A DNA stretch of 45,318 nucleotides, taken from positions 1 through 45,318 of IMG/VR virus record IMGVR_UViG_3300033416_000013; one strand, written 5' to 3'. The notes under the pieces were generated by a model. That model was not told where the DNA came from. It did not search any database and worked only from the letters and a program-made list of their open reading frames with translations. This DNA is from a virus (lineage: Duplodnaviria > Caudoviricetes). Both the position numbers and the translations under genes were made by a program. Positions within the stretch are counted from its first letter, which is position 1, and the number at the start of each line of letters is the position of its first letter. Shown in pieces: positions 17,292-25,760 of the stretch.

Positions 17292-17358
17292 CGACGGATG
17301 AGGGTGAGCGCCCCGGCGAAAATAGGCCAAGCCGGGAACACAAATAGAGGATTAAAAA

Positions 17359-17598
17359 ATGAATGCTCCGTACTGCGTGGACTGCGAAAAATGCCTTAAG
17401 ACCTTCGGCAACACCAACCCTCCTGTTTGCATGGATTCGTATGTCAGCACCGACATAGTATCGGGGCGAAAGTCCTATACTGACTGCCGGACGATACGGG
17501 CGGACGCCAAAAAATGCGGGCCTTCCGGGCTATGGTTTTCGCCAGAAAACAAACCAAGTGTCGGTAAGTCGATGTTGAAGCGTGTGTTTGGGTTTTAG
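17359..17598 (+). CDS. Small Cys-rich protein
   Basis: GAGGA RBS; CVDCEKC...C...C...CGPSGLWF. Confidence 0.65.
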   Translation: MNAPYCVDCEKCLKTFGNTNPPVCMDSYVSTDIVSGRKSYTDCRTIRADAKKCGPSGLWFSPENKPSVGKSMLKRVFGF

Positions 17599-17606
17599 GT
17601 CCAACC

Positions 17607-17712
17607 GCCTGCGCTGCCGAATTTGGGGCCCCGGACTACTAGATCGGACGAGCGTTTACGCGCATCGCCCGATCTAGTTACCCGGGCGGAGGTTCGAGCC
17701 CTCCCACAGGCA
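17607..17712 (+). ncRNA. 106-nt tRNA-like RNA with elongated anticodon-position arm
   Basis: GCCTGCG/CACAGGC acceptor (1 mismatch), GGAGG-TTCGAGC-CCTCC T arm, CCCGG/CCGGG plus perfect ACTAGATCGG/CCGATCTAGT extension. Confidence 0.65.
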
Positions 17713-17792
17713 CTAGGCACATGGAGGCACGGAACGATGCCACGCCACGGAGTGCCTGTAGTACTCAACCGATAATCACGGAGTGGGCTTAA

Positions 17793-17996
17793 ATGACCCC
17801 ATGCAAACTGGCGATCCTTGAGGTTGCATCAAGCTACTCGCACTTTGACGAGCTGGTGCTTGAGGATGATTACAGCCTGGCGGAGATTATCCCGGCGTGC
17901 CGAGAGTTGGCCGAGGGAGGATACCTCACCCGGGTACAAGGCGGGTACAAGATCGCTGATCTTGGCCGCCAACACATCAAGCGGAACAAAAAATGA
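17793..17996 (+). CDS. Small winged-helix-like protein
   Basis: ACRELAEGGYL...GYKIADLGRQHI. Confidence 0.55.
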   Translation: MTPCKLAILEVASSYSHFDELVLEDDYSLAEIIPACRELAEGGYLTRVQGGYKIADLGRQHIKRNKK

Positions 17997-18133
17997 GCCC
18001 GAGAGAGCGAGATCGCAGCTTTGTGCTTTGGTCGGCCGGAGTGTTTGCGATGTGCCTGGGGTTTTCGGGCAACCCGGTTTTCGTGGTTCCGCTGGCCATC
18101 GTCGGCCTCTGGTGGGCGGTATTGCCCGGGTGA
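17993..18133 (+). CDS. 46-aa membrane protein (below ORF cutoff)
   Basis: MSPRERDRSFVLWSAGVFAMCLG...LAIVGLWWAVLPG; ATGA/GTGA coupling on both sides. Confidence 0.5.
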   Translation: MSPRERDRSFVLWSAGVFAMCLGFSGNPVFVVPLAIVGLWWAVLPG

Positions 18134-18363
18134 CTAGCCCACAAGGAAAGTCGGCCAATCCCACGCTGGCCCGCATCCACATCCTCAAGGATCAGCTTGG
18201 CATGGCCGATGATGCCTACCGTGGCATGTTGGAGGCCAAATACGGGGTGCGCAGCTCCAAGGACTTGAGCCAGGAGCAGCGCGCGGACTTGGCGGGCCTC
18301 CTGGATGACATGCTGATGGAGGCGCAAACCGGATTGACCCGCACGCGGACGGATGGGAGATGA
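18130..18363 (+). CDS. GemA/Mu gp16-like (DUF1018) protein, short form
   Basis: LARIHILKDQLGMADDAYRGMLEAKYGVRSSKDLS. Confidence 0.75.
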   Translation: MTSPQGKSANPTLARIHILKDQLGMADDAYRGMLEAKYGVRSSKDLSQEQRADLAGLLDDMLMEAQTGLTRTRTDGR

Positions 18364-18375
18364 CCAGCCCACAAT

Positions 18376-18448
18376 GCTCTCTTAGCTCAGTGGTTAGAGC
18401 GAGCGACTCATAATCGCAAGGTCGCGGGTTCGAGCCCCGCCGAGAGCA
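18376..18448 (+). tRNA. tRNA with CAT anticodon, likely Ile2 (lysidine)
   Basis: Cloverleaf; TTAGCTCAGTGGTTAGAGC and GCGACTCATAATCGC match the proteobacterial tRNA-Ile2 pattern; T7-C66 mismatch; no CCA. Confidence 0.88.
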
Positions 18449-18463
18449 CTCCAAAAACAAAAA

Positions 18464-18490
18464 TCCCGCTGCGGAGTTACCGTAGCGGGA
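18464..18490. terminator. Intrinsic terminator-like hairpin
   Basis: TCCCGCTGCGG-AGTTA-CCGTAGCGGGA; U tract is stronger on the minus strand. Confidence 0.5.
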
Positions 18491-18569
18491 AGTTTGGTCA
18501 GCGGCCCAGCTCACCATGCCGATGGGGGTGAACGCCTCGACATAACCAATACACCATCATTTTTTGGGG

Positions 18570-18818
18570 ATGTCAATGGCGGAGAGGATGACGGCCGACG
18601 AATTTTACGTGTGGCGCAATGATGTCATGCGGATGACGCAGGAAGAAATAGCTAAGTTCTTGTTTAAAGACACGAAAACGATCAGGCAATGGGAATCCGG
18701 TAGGCATGAGGTAGACCCCATGCTCAAGCGGGTGATCATGCTGGGAGCGGACAAATGCGCCAATGCGGTAAAGAGCCCCCGGCGCGGTCCCCACCGAAAA
18801 CCAACCAAAAATGGCTAA
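18570..18818 (+). CDS. XRE-family HTH regulator
   Basis: RMTQEEIAKFL...KTIRQWESGRHEV. Confidence 0.8.
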   Translation: MSMAERMTADEFYVWRNDVMRMTQEEIAKFLFKDTKTIRQWESGRHEVDPMLKRVIMLGADKCANAVKSPRRGPHRKPTKNG

Positions 18819-18820
18819 AA

Positions 18821-19006
18821 ATGAGCCGCCAGTCAGTTTTTACTGGTCAGTCAGTCCATGACCACGCACTGGACGAAATCGACGATCCTAGCGTGATCCT
18901 GGAAGGAGTTTGTGGGTATTGTGGGGACCTGTACTACGGACAACACAGATGCCCACAGATTGCCTACGACAGCTATCAACGCGACCCCAGGGGTGACCAG
19001 CGATGA
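18821..19006 (+). CDS. Hypothetical Zn-finger-like protein
   Basis: CGYCG...HRCP; coupled to next gene. Confidence 0.45.
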   Translation: MSRQSVFTGQSVHDHALDEIDDPSVILEGVCGYCGDLYYGQHRCPQIAYDSYQRDPRGDQR

Positions 19007-19194
19007 GCGACGACAAAAAAATCATCTGCGCCCTCCCGGCCGAAGAAGTCTTGCGCCTGATGCGCCTGGCGAGGTCGCTTGATCTTGACCCTGATGACCT
19101 TTACAGGCAGGTCGTCTCGGCGGGGCTGTCTCTCATGGAGGCGACCGCCGTGGAGATTGATGAGCGGATGCGCGGCGGAAAACTTTTGGTGTGA
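19003..19194 (+). CDS. Ribbon-helix-helix-like protein
   Basis: KIICALPAEEVLRLMRLARSLD...DDLYRQVV. Confidence 0.5.
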   Translation: MSDDKKIICALPAEEVLRLMRLARSLDLDPDDLYRQVVSAGLSLMEATAVEIDERMRGGKLLV

Positions 19195-19257
19195 AGTGTT
19201 TTTTGGTTGACACGCACGCCAGTAGATGTTAAACATTATATTAAACACGGGGGATGC

Positions 19258-19419
19258 ATGGCAAAAAAGCAAAAAAGGCAGGTCATCATCAAATCCATCG
19301 GGTTCCCACCTGATGAGCATGAGACGATCCTGCGCGTGTCCAAGGAGTCAGAGCGGTCATACTCGGCCACTGTTAGGCATTTTATCAAGCTGGGTATGGA
19401 TAAGGATCAAAAAAAATGA
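19258..19419 (+). CDS. Arc/CopG-like ribbon-helix-helix regulator
   Basis: SIGFPPDEHETILRVSKESERSYSATVRHFI; TTGACA and TTAAACA repeats upstream. Confidence 0.65.
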   Translation: MAKKQKRQVIIKSIGFPPDEHETILRVSKESERSYSATVRHFIKLGMDKDQKK

Positions 19420-20192
19420 AGCGACCGTCTTTCCAGTTTTACCCGTCAGACTGGTTGCGAGACCCCGCTTTGCGGGCATGTACGACTGGCGCGCGCGGTA
19501 TGTGGATGGACATGCTTTGCTACATGCACGAAGGACAACCATATGGGTACCTTAAGGTTGGCGGTAAGGTTATCCTTATAGATAACCTTGCTCGTATGGT
19601 TGGGGCAACCTTACATGATGCTCAAGGTTGGCTCGATGAGCTGATACAGTTTGGGGTTTGCTCGATTGATGAGGATGGGGCGATCTTTTCCAGGCGCATG
19701 ATTCGTGATGAGGAAATTCGCGAGAAGCGCGCTGCTGGTGGTTTCAAGGGGGGTAACCCTACCCTTAAAAAGGCGACAGACAAGGTTAACCTTGATCCCA
19801 ACCTTAAGCCAACCCCTTCATCTTCATCTTCATTATTAACTACACCCACCCAAAGCGCGGGCGCGGGTGAATTTGATTCAGAATCCGGCCTAAAGGCGGG
19901 TTTTTCGCTGGTTCCCGATGATTTCACCCCCCCGGAACACTTTTTCGGGATGTTGAGCACTTGGGGCGTGCACTGCACCCAGGAGCAGATGGGTGAGCAG
20001 TTGCGGGAGTTCGTCAGCCACTATCAGTCCGAGCGCAAGGCGTCGGCTGATTGGACGGCAAAATTCCGCCAGTGGCTGCAACGGGCCCAGCGCATGGGGC
20101 ACTTTGATGCAAAGCGCAGTGGACAGAGTGGGGGAAAATCCCCTCCGGCCGCAAGACCAAAATCAAACACCCCTTACGAGGTGATGTCATGA
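19416..20192 (+). CDS. Phage replication initiator (C-terminal DnaT-like domain)
   Basis: RPSFQFYPSDW...ARGMWMDMLC, IFSRRM, EFVSHY...DWTAKFRQWL; upstream of DnaC-like gene. Confidence 0.8.
   Translation: MKRPSFQFYPSDWLRDPALRACTTGARGMWMDMLCYMHEGQPYGYLKVGGKVILIDNLARMVGATLHDAQGWLDELIQFGVCSIDEDGAIFSRRMIRDEEIREKRAAGGFKGGNPTLKKATDKVNLDPNLKPTPSSSSSLLTTPTQSAGAGEFDSESGLKAGFSLVPDDFTPPEHFFGMLSTWGVHCTQEQMGEQLREFVSHYQSERKASADWTAKFRQWLQRAQRMGHFDAKRSGQSGGKSPPAARPKSNTPYEVMS
19550..19815. repeat. Candidate origin iterons (AAGGTT/AACCTT cluster)
   Basis: About 8 AAGGTT or AACCTT hexamers, including palindrome AAGGTTAACCTT, inside the initiator gene. Confidence 0.6.
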
Positions 20193-20986
20193 GCCAGCGC
20201 TCGGAAAGACGGCCATTCCAGGCGGAAAAATCATCCCCGCCCAGTCTTGGGGAGGTGGCCCGAATGATACCCCAGTTGCAATCGCGGATGGGCAAGGTTG
20301 ACCCCAAGATTTTGGATGACGCGCTCACCTCCCCCAAGCGCGGGGAGGCACTGAAAATCACCAGGGACGCCCAGGGCCGGGAGTACTTTGACCCGCCCCC
20401 GCCCAAGCCCACCACTGAAAAGTGGGATGCCATACTGCTAGCCGGGGGCCTGGTGAATGGACTCCCTCAGCTGGACAAGCTGGACGACTTCCAGAGGTCC
20501 ATCTACGACCAGCTGGTGGGTGGGGTCAAGAACGCCGTGCTCACGGGGGACGCCCGCACCGGAAAAACCTCCCTGCTGCTGTTGGCCCTGCACCACCTGT
20601 ACATGTCTGGCCGCACGGTGATGATGGCCCGGATGTCGGAATACAAAAGCCAGTGTGAGCCCGGCTGGCGTGACCAAACCGGAGAGTCGGAGTATGGGGT
20701 CATCCAGCGCTACGCCAGGCCTGACGTGCTTGTGCTGGACGAAGTGGGCTACGGCAACGCCCGGCGCCAAATGGCCAGCGACCACGAAATCAAGGTGCTG
20801 CTGGACTTGGTGAGCAAGCGCTGCGCTGCGGGTAGGCTCACCTGGGTCAGCACCAACCAAAGCATGTCCGATTTGGAGGCCATCTACGATGCGCCCATCA
20901 TCCACCGCCTGGCCGAGCCGGGCGCCTCGGTGGTGGCCAGCTTTGCGGGCAAAACCAACTACGCCATGAGGACGAGGACCAAATGA
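20189..20986 (+). CDS. DnaC/IstB-like AAA+ helicase loader
   Basis: Walker A GDARTGKT, Walker B VLVLDEVG, TWVSTN, IIHRL. Confidence 0.87.
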   Translation: MSQRSERRPFQAEKSSPPSLGEVARMIPQLQSRMGKVDPKILDDALTSPKRGEALKITRDAQGREYFDPPPPKPTTEKWDAILLAGGLVNGLPQLDKLDDFQRSIYDQLVGGVKNAVLTGDARTGKTSLLLLALHHLYMSGRTVMMARMSEYKSQCEPGWRDQTGESEYGVIQRYARPDVLVLDEVGYGNARRQMASDHEIKVLLDLVSKRCAAGRLTWVSTNQSMSDLEAIYDAPIIHRLAEPGASVVASFAGKTNYAMRTRTK

Positions 20987-21131
20987 GCATCGCCACCGAA
21001 GACCTGGTCAAGCGCAATAACAACATAAGTAACTAATAAAAAGGGTAAAAAATGAAACTGAATACCGATCTTAAGTTGGCCCAGAACCCCAACGCCACCC
21101 CCGAAACGCTGGATTACCTTGAGGGAGGTCA

Positions 21132-21317
21132 ATGACAACCCTGCAAAATATTGAGCTGGCCAAGCGCCTGGAATTTGACCGGGAGCACTACCAGGAGGAG
21201 CCGGCCCCCATGCCCCATGAGGGATATGAGGGCGGCCGCTACCGCTGCGGGGTTTGCCAGCTTAAGGGCTCCAAGGACTGGCTGGACTACCACAAACACG
21301 AGCCCAAGGGAGCGTGA
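21132..21317 (+). CDS. Small hypothetical protein
   Basis: GGAGG RBS; CGVC...H motif. Confidence 0.5.
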   Translation: MTTLQNIELAKRLEFDREHYQEEPAPMPHEGYEGGRYRCGVCQLKGSKDWLDYHKHEPKGA

Positions 21318-21318
21318 C

Positions 21319-22338
21319 ATGGCAACCAACGGATTGAGCGACGCGGAAAAGGTATTCCGCCGGGACAAAATCGGCGCGTCAGACGTGGCCGGGGCGCTGG
21401 GCGTCAACCCCTACTCCACCCCCCTGCGCACCTACCAGGTCATCACCGGCCTGGAGCAGGTGGAGGAGACCCGCAAGATGCGCATGGGCCAGCTCATGGA
21501 GCCGGTGGCGCTCAAGGTGGCCAGTGAGGAGCAGGGTTGGAGACTCATCAAGCCCAAGACCTTGGCCCACCCCAAATACCCGTGGGCCATTGCCAGCCCG
21601 GACAGCCTGATCGTGCGCGACAAGCCAAACATGACCCTGCTGGGCCTAGGCAAGCCCGCCGACCACGCCAAATTACCTCAGTACTACCTGGGGGGGGTGG
21701 AGGTGAAGAACGTGGGCTGGCACATGCGGGATGGCTGGGGGGAGCCTGGTACCGACGAGGTGCCCATGCACTACCTGCTGCAATGCATGTGGGGCATGGC
21801 CGTCACCAACCTGCCTGTGTGGCACGTGGTGGTGATGTGGGACAACCAGGCCCCCGAGTACTACACCATCCTGCGGGATGATGAGCTGATCGACATGATG
21901 CTCACCCAGGCTGGCGAGTATTGGGCGAAGTACATCGACCCCCAGGGACCGCGCCTGGTGCCCGAGGCGTCCAGCCTGTCGGAGGCGGCGGAGGCCATCA
22001 AGTACCGGGTACGCCAGACCACCGGCGCCTACCTGGCTCCCGATGAGGTGGACCGCCAGTTGTGGGCGGCCTGGATGGAGCAATCGGCCATCGTGGACGC
22101 CGAGGCCGCCAAGCTGGACGACCTCAAAAACACCGCCCGCCTGCGCTCGGAGCACGCCGACGGCGTGGAGGGTCTCTGGCGCTACAAGCCCAACAAGGAT
22201 GCCCCCAAGACCGACTACAAGGCTGTGGTGGAGGCGCTGCCCAAAACCGACGAGCTGGCCGCCCTAGTGGCTGCCCATACCGAGATCAAGCCGGGCGCGC
22301 GCCCGCTGAACCCCATCAAACCCAAGGATAAAAAATGA
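21319..22338 (+). CDS. YqaJ-like (lambda exonuclease family) recombination nuclease
   Basis: RRDKIGASDVAGALGVNPYSTP, ASPD, VEVK, YLLQCMWGM. Confidence 0.9.
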   Translation: MATNGLSDAEKVFRRDKIGASDVAGALGVNPYSTPLRTYQVITGLEQVEETRKMRMGQLMEPVALKVASEEQGWRLIKPKTLAHPKYPWAIASPDSLIVRDKPNMTLLGLGKPADHAKLPQYYLGGVEVKNVGWHMRDGWGEPGTDEVPMHYLLQCMWGMAVTNLPVWHVVVMWDNQAPEYYTILRDDELIDMMLTQAGEYWAKYIDPQGPRLVPEASSLSEAAEAIKYRVRQTTGAYLAPDEVDRQLWAAWMEQSAIVDAEAAKLDDLKNTARLRSEHADGVEGLWRYKPNKDAPKTDYKAVVEALPKTDELAALVAAHTEIKPGARPLNPIKPKDKK

Positions 22339-23603
22339 GCGATTTTGAACAAGAAGATTTTGACAACGAGGATCGCATGGACATGATGCACGCCCCCCAG
22401 CAACGGCGCGACACGCGCGCAGTCACCCAACCGAGACAAACCTGCGGGGGTATGCAACTCAACCCCTCCGGCATGAGCGCGGATCAAATCCGGGCTGTGC
22501 AGGAGGTGCAGGGTCGGCTGATGCTGGCCAAGAGCTTCCCGCGCGACCAGGCGGCCGCCACCCAACGCATCATGCAGTCCTGCAAGCGCCTCACCTTGGC
22601 CGAGGCCGCCATCTACACCTACCCTAAGGGTGGGACCAAGGTTGAGGGCCCGTCCATTCGCCTAGCGGAAGCCCTGGCCCAGGCGTGGGGAAACCTGGAT
22701 TGCGGGGTGGATGAGCTGAGCCAAGGCAATGGTTACAGCAAAATTGAGGCCTATGCCTTGGACTTGGAGACCAACACCCGTTTTAGTAAGAAATTCAACG
22801 TTGTACATGAGCGACACACCAGAACCGGCGTGACCAAGCTCACCGACCCCCGCGACATCTACGAGACCGTGGCCAATCAAGGATCTCGTCGGTTGCGGGC
22901 GTGCATCCTGGCCGCCATCCCAGGCGACGTGGTGGACGATGCGGTGGAGGCCTGCCGTGGAACCATCGTGGCCTCCCAAAAGTCCCCCCTCTCCGAGCGG
23001 GTGAAAAAACTGGCGGGAGATTTGGCGGCCTATGGGGTGACCGTTAAAATGATCGAGACCCGCCTGGGCCACAACCTGCCTGCCATCACCGAGCACGAAT
23101 GGGTGTCACTCAAGGGCATCTATCAGTCCCTGGTGGACGGCATGAGCGAGCCGGGGGAGCACTTTGACGTGGGGACGAACCAGCAACCCGCCCCCGCCAA
23201 AAAAGGCACCTCCGCCGCCAAGGCCCAGCTGTCTGGCGCGCAAAGACCCCAGGCCGCCGAAGGCGCTGTGTCCAACGGGCCCGAGCAACCCACCACCGCC
23301 CCCGCCAGCGACCTGCCCGAGGACTACCTGGCCCTGCGCGCCGGCCTGATCGACGCCTATGCGCGAAACGACCAGGAGGCCTGGTGGGCCAGCAACATGG
23401 CCGAGGTCAACCCCTACGAACTCCCCCTCACCATGTGGTGGAGGTTTTTGGAGGGCGGTCGCGGTAAGGCAGGCTGGGACAACCTGGCCTCCTGGGGCAA
23501 GGAGTCCGAAACCAGTAAGGCCGTTGAGGCCTTCAAAGGCACATCCATCCATGCCCTGATCGTCGCCGAAAAAGCGGCCATCAAATCCGGAGCGCACGGA
23601 TGA
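22335..23603 (+). CDS. Putative single-strand annealing/recombination protein
   Basis: Coupled to YqaJ gene; AKSFPRD, GPSIRLAEALAQAWGN, RLRACILAAIPGD motifs; function inferred from position. Confidence 0.65.
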   Translation: MSDFEQEDFDNEDRMDMMHAPQQRRDTRAVTQPRQTCGGMQLNPSGMSADQIRAVQEVQGRLMLAKSFPRDQAAATQRIMQSCKRLTLAEAAIYTYPKGGTKVEGPSIRLAEALAQAWGNLDCGVDELSQGNGYSKIEAYALDLETNTRFSKKFNVVHERHTRTGVTKLTDPRDIYETVANQGSRRLRACILAAIPGDVVDDAVEACRGTIVASQKSPLSERVKKLAGDLAAYGVTVKMIETRLGHNLPAITEHEWVSLKGIYQSLVDGMSEPGEHFDVGTNQQPAPAKKGTSAAKAQLSGAQRPQAAEGAVSNGPEQPTTAPASDLPEDYLALRAGLIDAYARNDQEAWWASNMAEVNPYELPLTMWWRFLEGGRGKAGWDNLASWGKESETSKAVEAFKGTSIHALIVAEKAAIKSGAHG

Positions 23604-23770
23604 CGCCCGACAGGGAGGTGATTTGGCTGCGGGTATGGATAGCGCTTATCTCAACCGGGGCACTGGCGCGGCTGGGAGATGTGATGTGGCTGGTTGCGCT
23701 GTGCAATGCAGCCAGCGTTGGGATCGGGGTCTATTACACATGGATTACGATCCGCGAGTACCACAAGTGA
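23600..23770 (+). CDS. 56-aa membrane protein (below ORF cutoff)
   Basis: ATGA overlap; two hydrophobic stretches. Confidence 0.45.
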   Translation: MTPDREVIWLRVWIALISTGALARLGDVMWLVALCNAASVGIGVYYTWITIREYHK

Positions 23771-23828
23771 TAGGGGTCGGCTCGCACCCGGAGCCCAAGC
23801 GGGGTGTCTTTTAACGAGAGGAGGGCAA

Positions 23829-24143
23829 GTGATTGATCCTACAGAAACATTTCCTGTCGGGGCGCGCATCTACTTCGGGCGTGAAATAATCCCAATGACA
23901 GTTCGTGCGCGCGGAGAGCGCTACATGGTTTGTACCCGACCAAAGCCTCGGAGCCAATCGGGAGAATATACAGTAATTGATATTGTTGAGAAAATAAACG
24001 GAACAGAAAACATGGTACTAGGCTTTGGCGCGGAAACAGATGCGCAATGCCGCGAAATGCTGGAACGAATCGAAATAGGCCGGTCAGAGATTTCGTATCG
24101 GAATAGAGTGCCGTTAAAAATCACAAAAATTGTCATCAAATAG
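23829..24143 (+). CDS. Hypothetical phage protein
   Basis: GAGGAG RBS, GTG start; EISYRNRVPL C-terminus; lower GC. Confidence 0.6.
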   Translation: MIDPTETFPVGARIYFGREIIPMTVRARGERYMVCTRPKPRSQSGEYTVIDIVEKINGTENMVLGFGAETDAQCREMLERIEIGRSEISYRNRVPLKITKIVIK

Positions 24144-24216
24144 TGGCCCCGCAATGGGCTACAGGGTGGTAGCTGGGGGTGGCTTGACGGACACCGTATC
24201 CCCAGCGCCCCACCCT

Positions 24217-24334
24217 CCGGTGGAGTAGCTCAGTGGTAGAGCATCTGCCTTCCAAGCAGAGGGTCGCGGGTTCGACTCCCGCCCCCACCTTTAGGCTGTG
24301 CCGAGGCACCCGGGGCAATGACGCCACGGAGCGA
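24217..24334 (+). repeat. Repeat A copy 2
   Basis: Inverted match to 13329-13446. Confidence 0.92.
24219..24290 (+). tRNA. tRNA-Gly (TCC), second copy
   Basis: Cloverleaf identical to copy 1 except an A6-C67 mismatch and one D-loop base. Confidence 0.88.
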
Positions 24335-24376
24335 TGGAGGCGGCACGGCATAACTTATGCCAAGCAAGGAGATGGC

Positions 24377-24757
24377 ATGCCATCCAAGCCAAAGGGCACC
24401 CACCCACCTATCCTGTTTTCTTGCCGCCTGCGCGGCCTGGTAACCATGACCCGGTGCGAGAGCTGCGACTTGGCGGGCAAGTGCCTGGCCCAGGTGTTGG
24501 CCAAAAAGCGCGGCATCCCCACCTGGCAACTCGCCGATGGCCGGGTCATCCCGCGCCCGGCCATGCGGCCCACCCCCTCCAAAAAGAGCCGGGTGCTTAC
24601 CGCCCTGGCCAAGGGACACCGCACCCTGCCGGAGATTGCCGCCCGCGTCAAGCTCACCGAGTCCTCCGCGCTCCGCCAGTTGTCAGCCCTGTACAAGAGC
24701 GGGGAAGTGGAGTGTGCCCGGGGGGTATGGATGTTGACCTACAGCCTGCCCGGGTAG
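24377..24757 (+). CDS. Cys-rich plus winged-HTH protein
   Basis: AAGGAG RBS; CESC; RTLPEIAARVKLTESSALRQLSALYKSGEV. Confidence 0.7.
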   Translation: MPSKPKGTHPPILFSCRLRGLVTMTRCESCDLAGKCLAQVLAKKRGIPTWQLADGRVIPRPAMRPTPSKKSRVLTALAKGHRTLPEIAARVKLTESSALRQLSALYKSGEVECARGVWMLTYSLPG

Positions 24758-24820
24758 CTCAATTGGCAGAGCGGTTGTTTTGTAAACAACAGGTTGCGGG
24801 TTCGACTCCCGTCCCAGGCT
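24748..24820 (+). tRNA. tRNA-Thr (TGT)
   Basis: GCCCGGG TA GCTC AATTGGCA GAGC G GTTGT TTTGTAA ACAAC AGGTT GCGGG TTCGACT CCCGT CCCAGGC T; C4-A69 mismatch; no CCA. Confidence 0.88.
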
Positions 24821-24855
24821 TATAAGTTTGGTGAAAATATAATCATGGAGACACT

Positions 24856-25005
24856 ATGGTACGCACAAACTTGCCGTTCGGTGAGCGCAAAAAACGCGTC
24901 ATGCTTGGCAGGGTTATGATGATCGGATTGTCATTAACCATTGCTGGGTTGGTGCTGGCCGTTACCATACTAATCATGTGGTACAAACAGATAGGGGTGA
25001 TGTGA
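24856..25005 (+). CDS. 49-aa single-TM protein (below ORF cutoff)
   Basis: GGAG RBS; TGATG coupling to next gene. Confidence 0.45.
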   Translation: MVRTNLPFGERKKRVMLGRVMMIGLSLTIAGLVLAVTILIMWYKQIGVM

Positions 25006-25337
25006 TGAGCGAAATACTATGGATGCATTGGGGCCCGCGTCACAGTGGGTCGGTGGCTCACGCAATAATGGATGGTGCGTCAAGGCCTATGTGCCAAGCG
25101 GAGTTGCGGGGGACGCCAAAGGAGGCCACGAATTCTGCTGTAAAATGCACGAAGTGCCAGCGATACGCGCAGGGCGACCCACGCAAAAAAAAGGTGCCGA
25201 TTATGCGGCAAGCCACCAGCGACGAGATCAACGCGGCCATGGCCAGGTTTTTGGCCAGCGGGGGAGTCATCAAGCAACTCCCGCCAGACCGGCAAAATTT
25301 TCCCCACAACCCGTGGTACCACGACGAGGGCAAATGA
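25005..25337 (+). CDS. Hypothetical protein
   Basis: H...C...CTKC N-terminus; FLASGGVIKQLP C-terminal motif. Confidence 0.6.
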   Translation: MSEILWMHWGPRHSGSVAHAIMDGASRPMCQAELRGTPKEATNSAVKCTKCQRYAQGDPRKKKVPIMRQATSDEINAAMARFLASGGVIKQLPPDRQNFPHNPWYHDEGK

Positions 25338-25427
25338 CAACCAAAATCATCAAGGCCGACCAAATGGCACTGCGCGCCCAGGCCGCCCTGGCCGTCAACC
25401 CCCAACCCGCCGCCTGAGGAGGCCCCC

Positions 25428-25751
25428 ATGAAAACCACCACCATCGACAACGTGGCCTATGAGGTGCCGGATGCCGTGGCCGAGCACATCGAGAGCATAG
25501 GGGACGAATCCGCCAGACGGTGGGCCAAGCTGGCCGATCTTGAGGAGGATAAAGAGGATTTGGAGGACGCTCTGGAGACGGCGCAGCGGGGCATCCGGGA
25601 TACCAAGCAGCTCAAAACCCTGGTGCACGACCTGACTGCCATGCTCCAGCGCCTGGTGATGGATAACCACGCCCCCACGCGGGTGGAGCTGGCCGAAATC
25701 GAGAGCCGGGTGGATGCCGCCACCGGCGATTATCAACGCCTGGTCTCCTAG
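25428..25751 (+). CDS. Coiled-coil hypothetical protein
   Basis: GAGGAGG RBS. Confidence 0.6.
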   Translation: MKTTTIDNVAYEVPDAVAEHIESIGDESARRWAKLADLEEDKEDLEDALETAQRGIRDTKQLKTLVHDLTAMLQRLVMDNHAPTRVELAEIESRVDAATGDYQRLVS

Positions 25752-25760
25752 GAGCAGCCC

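Noticed and set aside
17607-17712. tmRNA or intron-containing tRNA
   Set aside because: No G3-U70 or tag ORF, too short for a group I intron, and no clear 7-nt anticodon loop is restored by removing the insert
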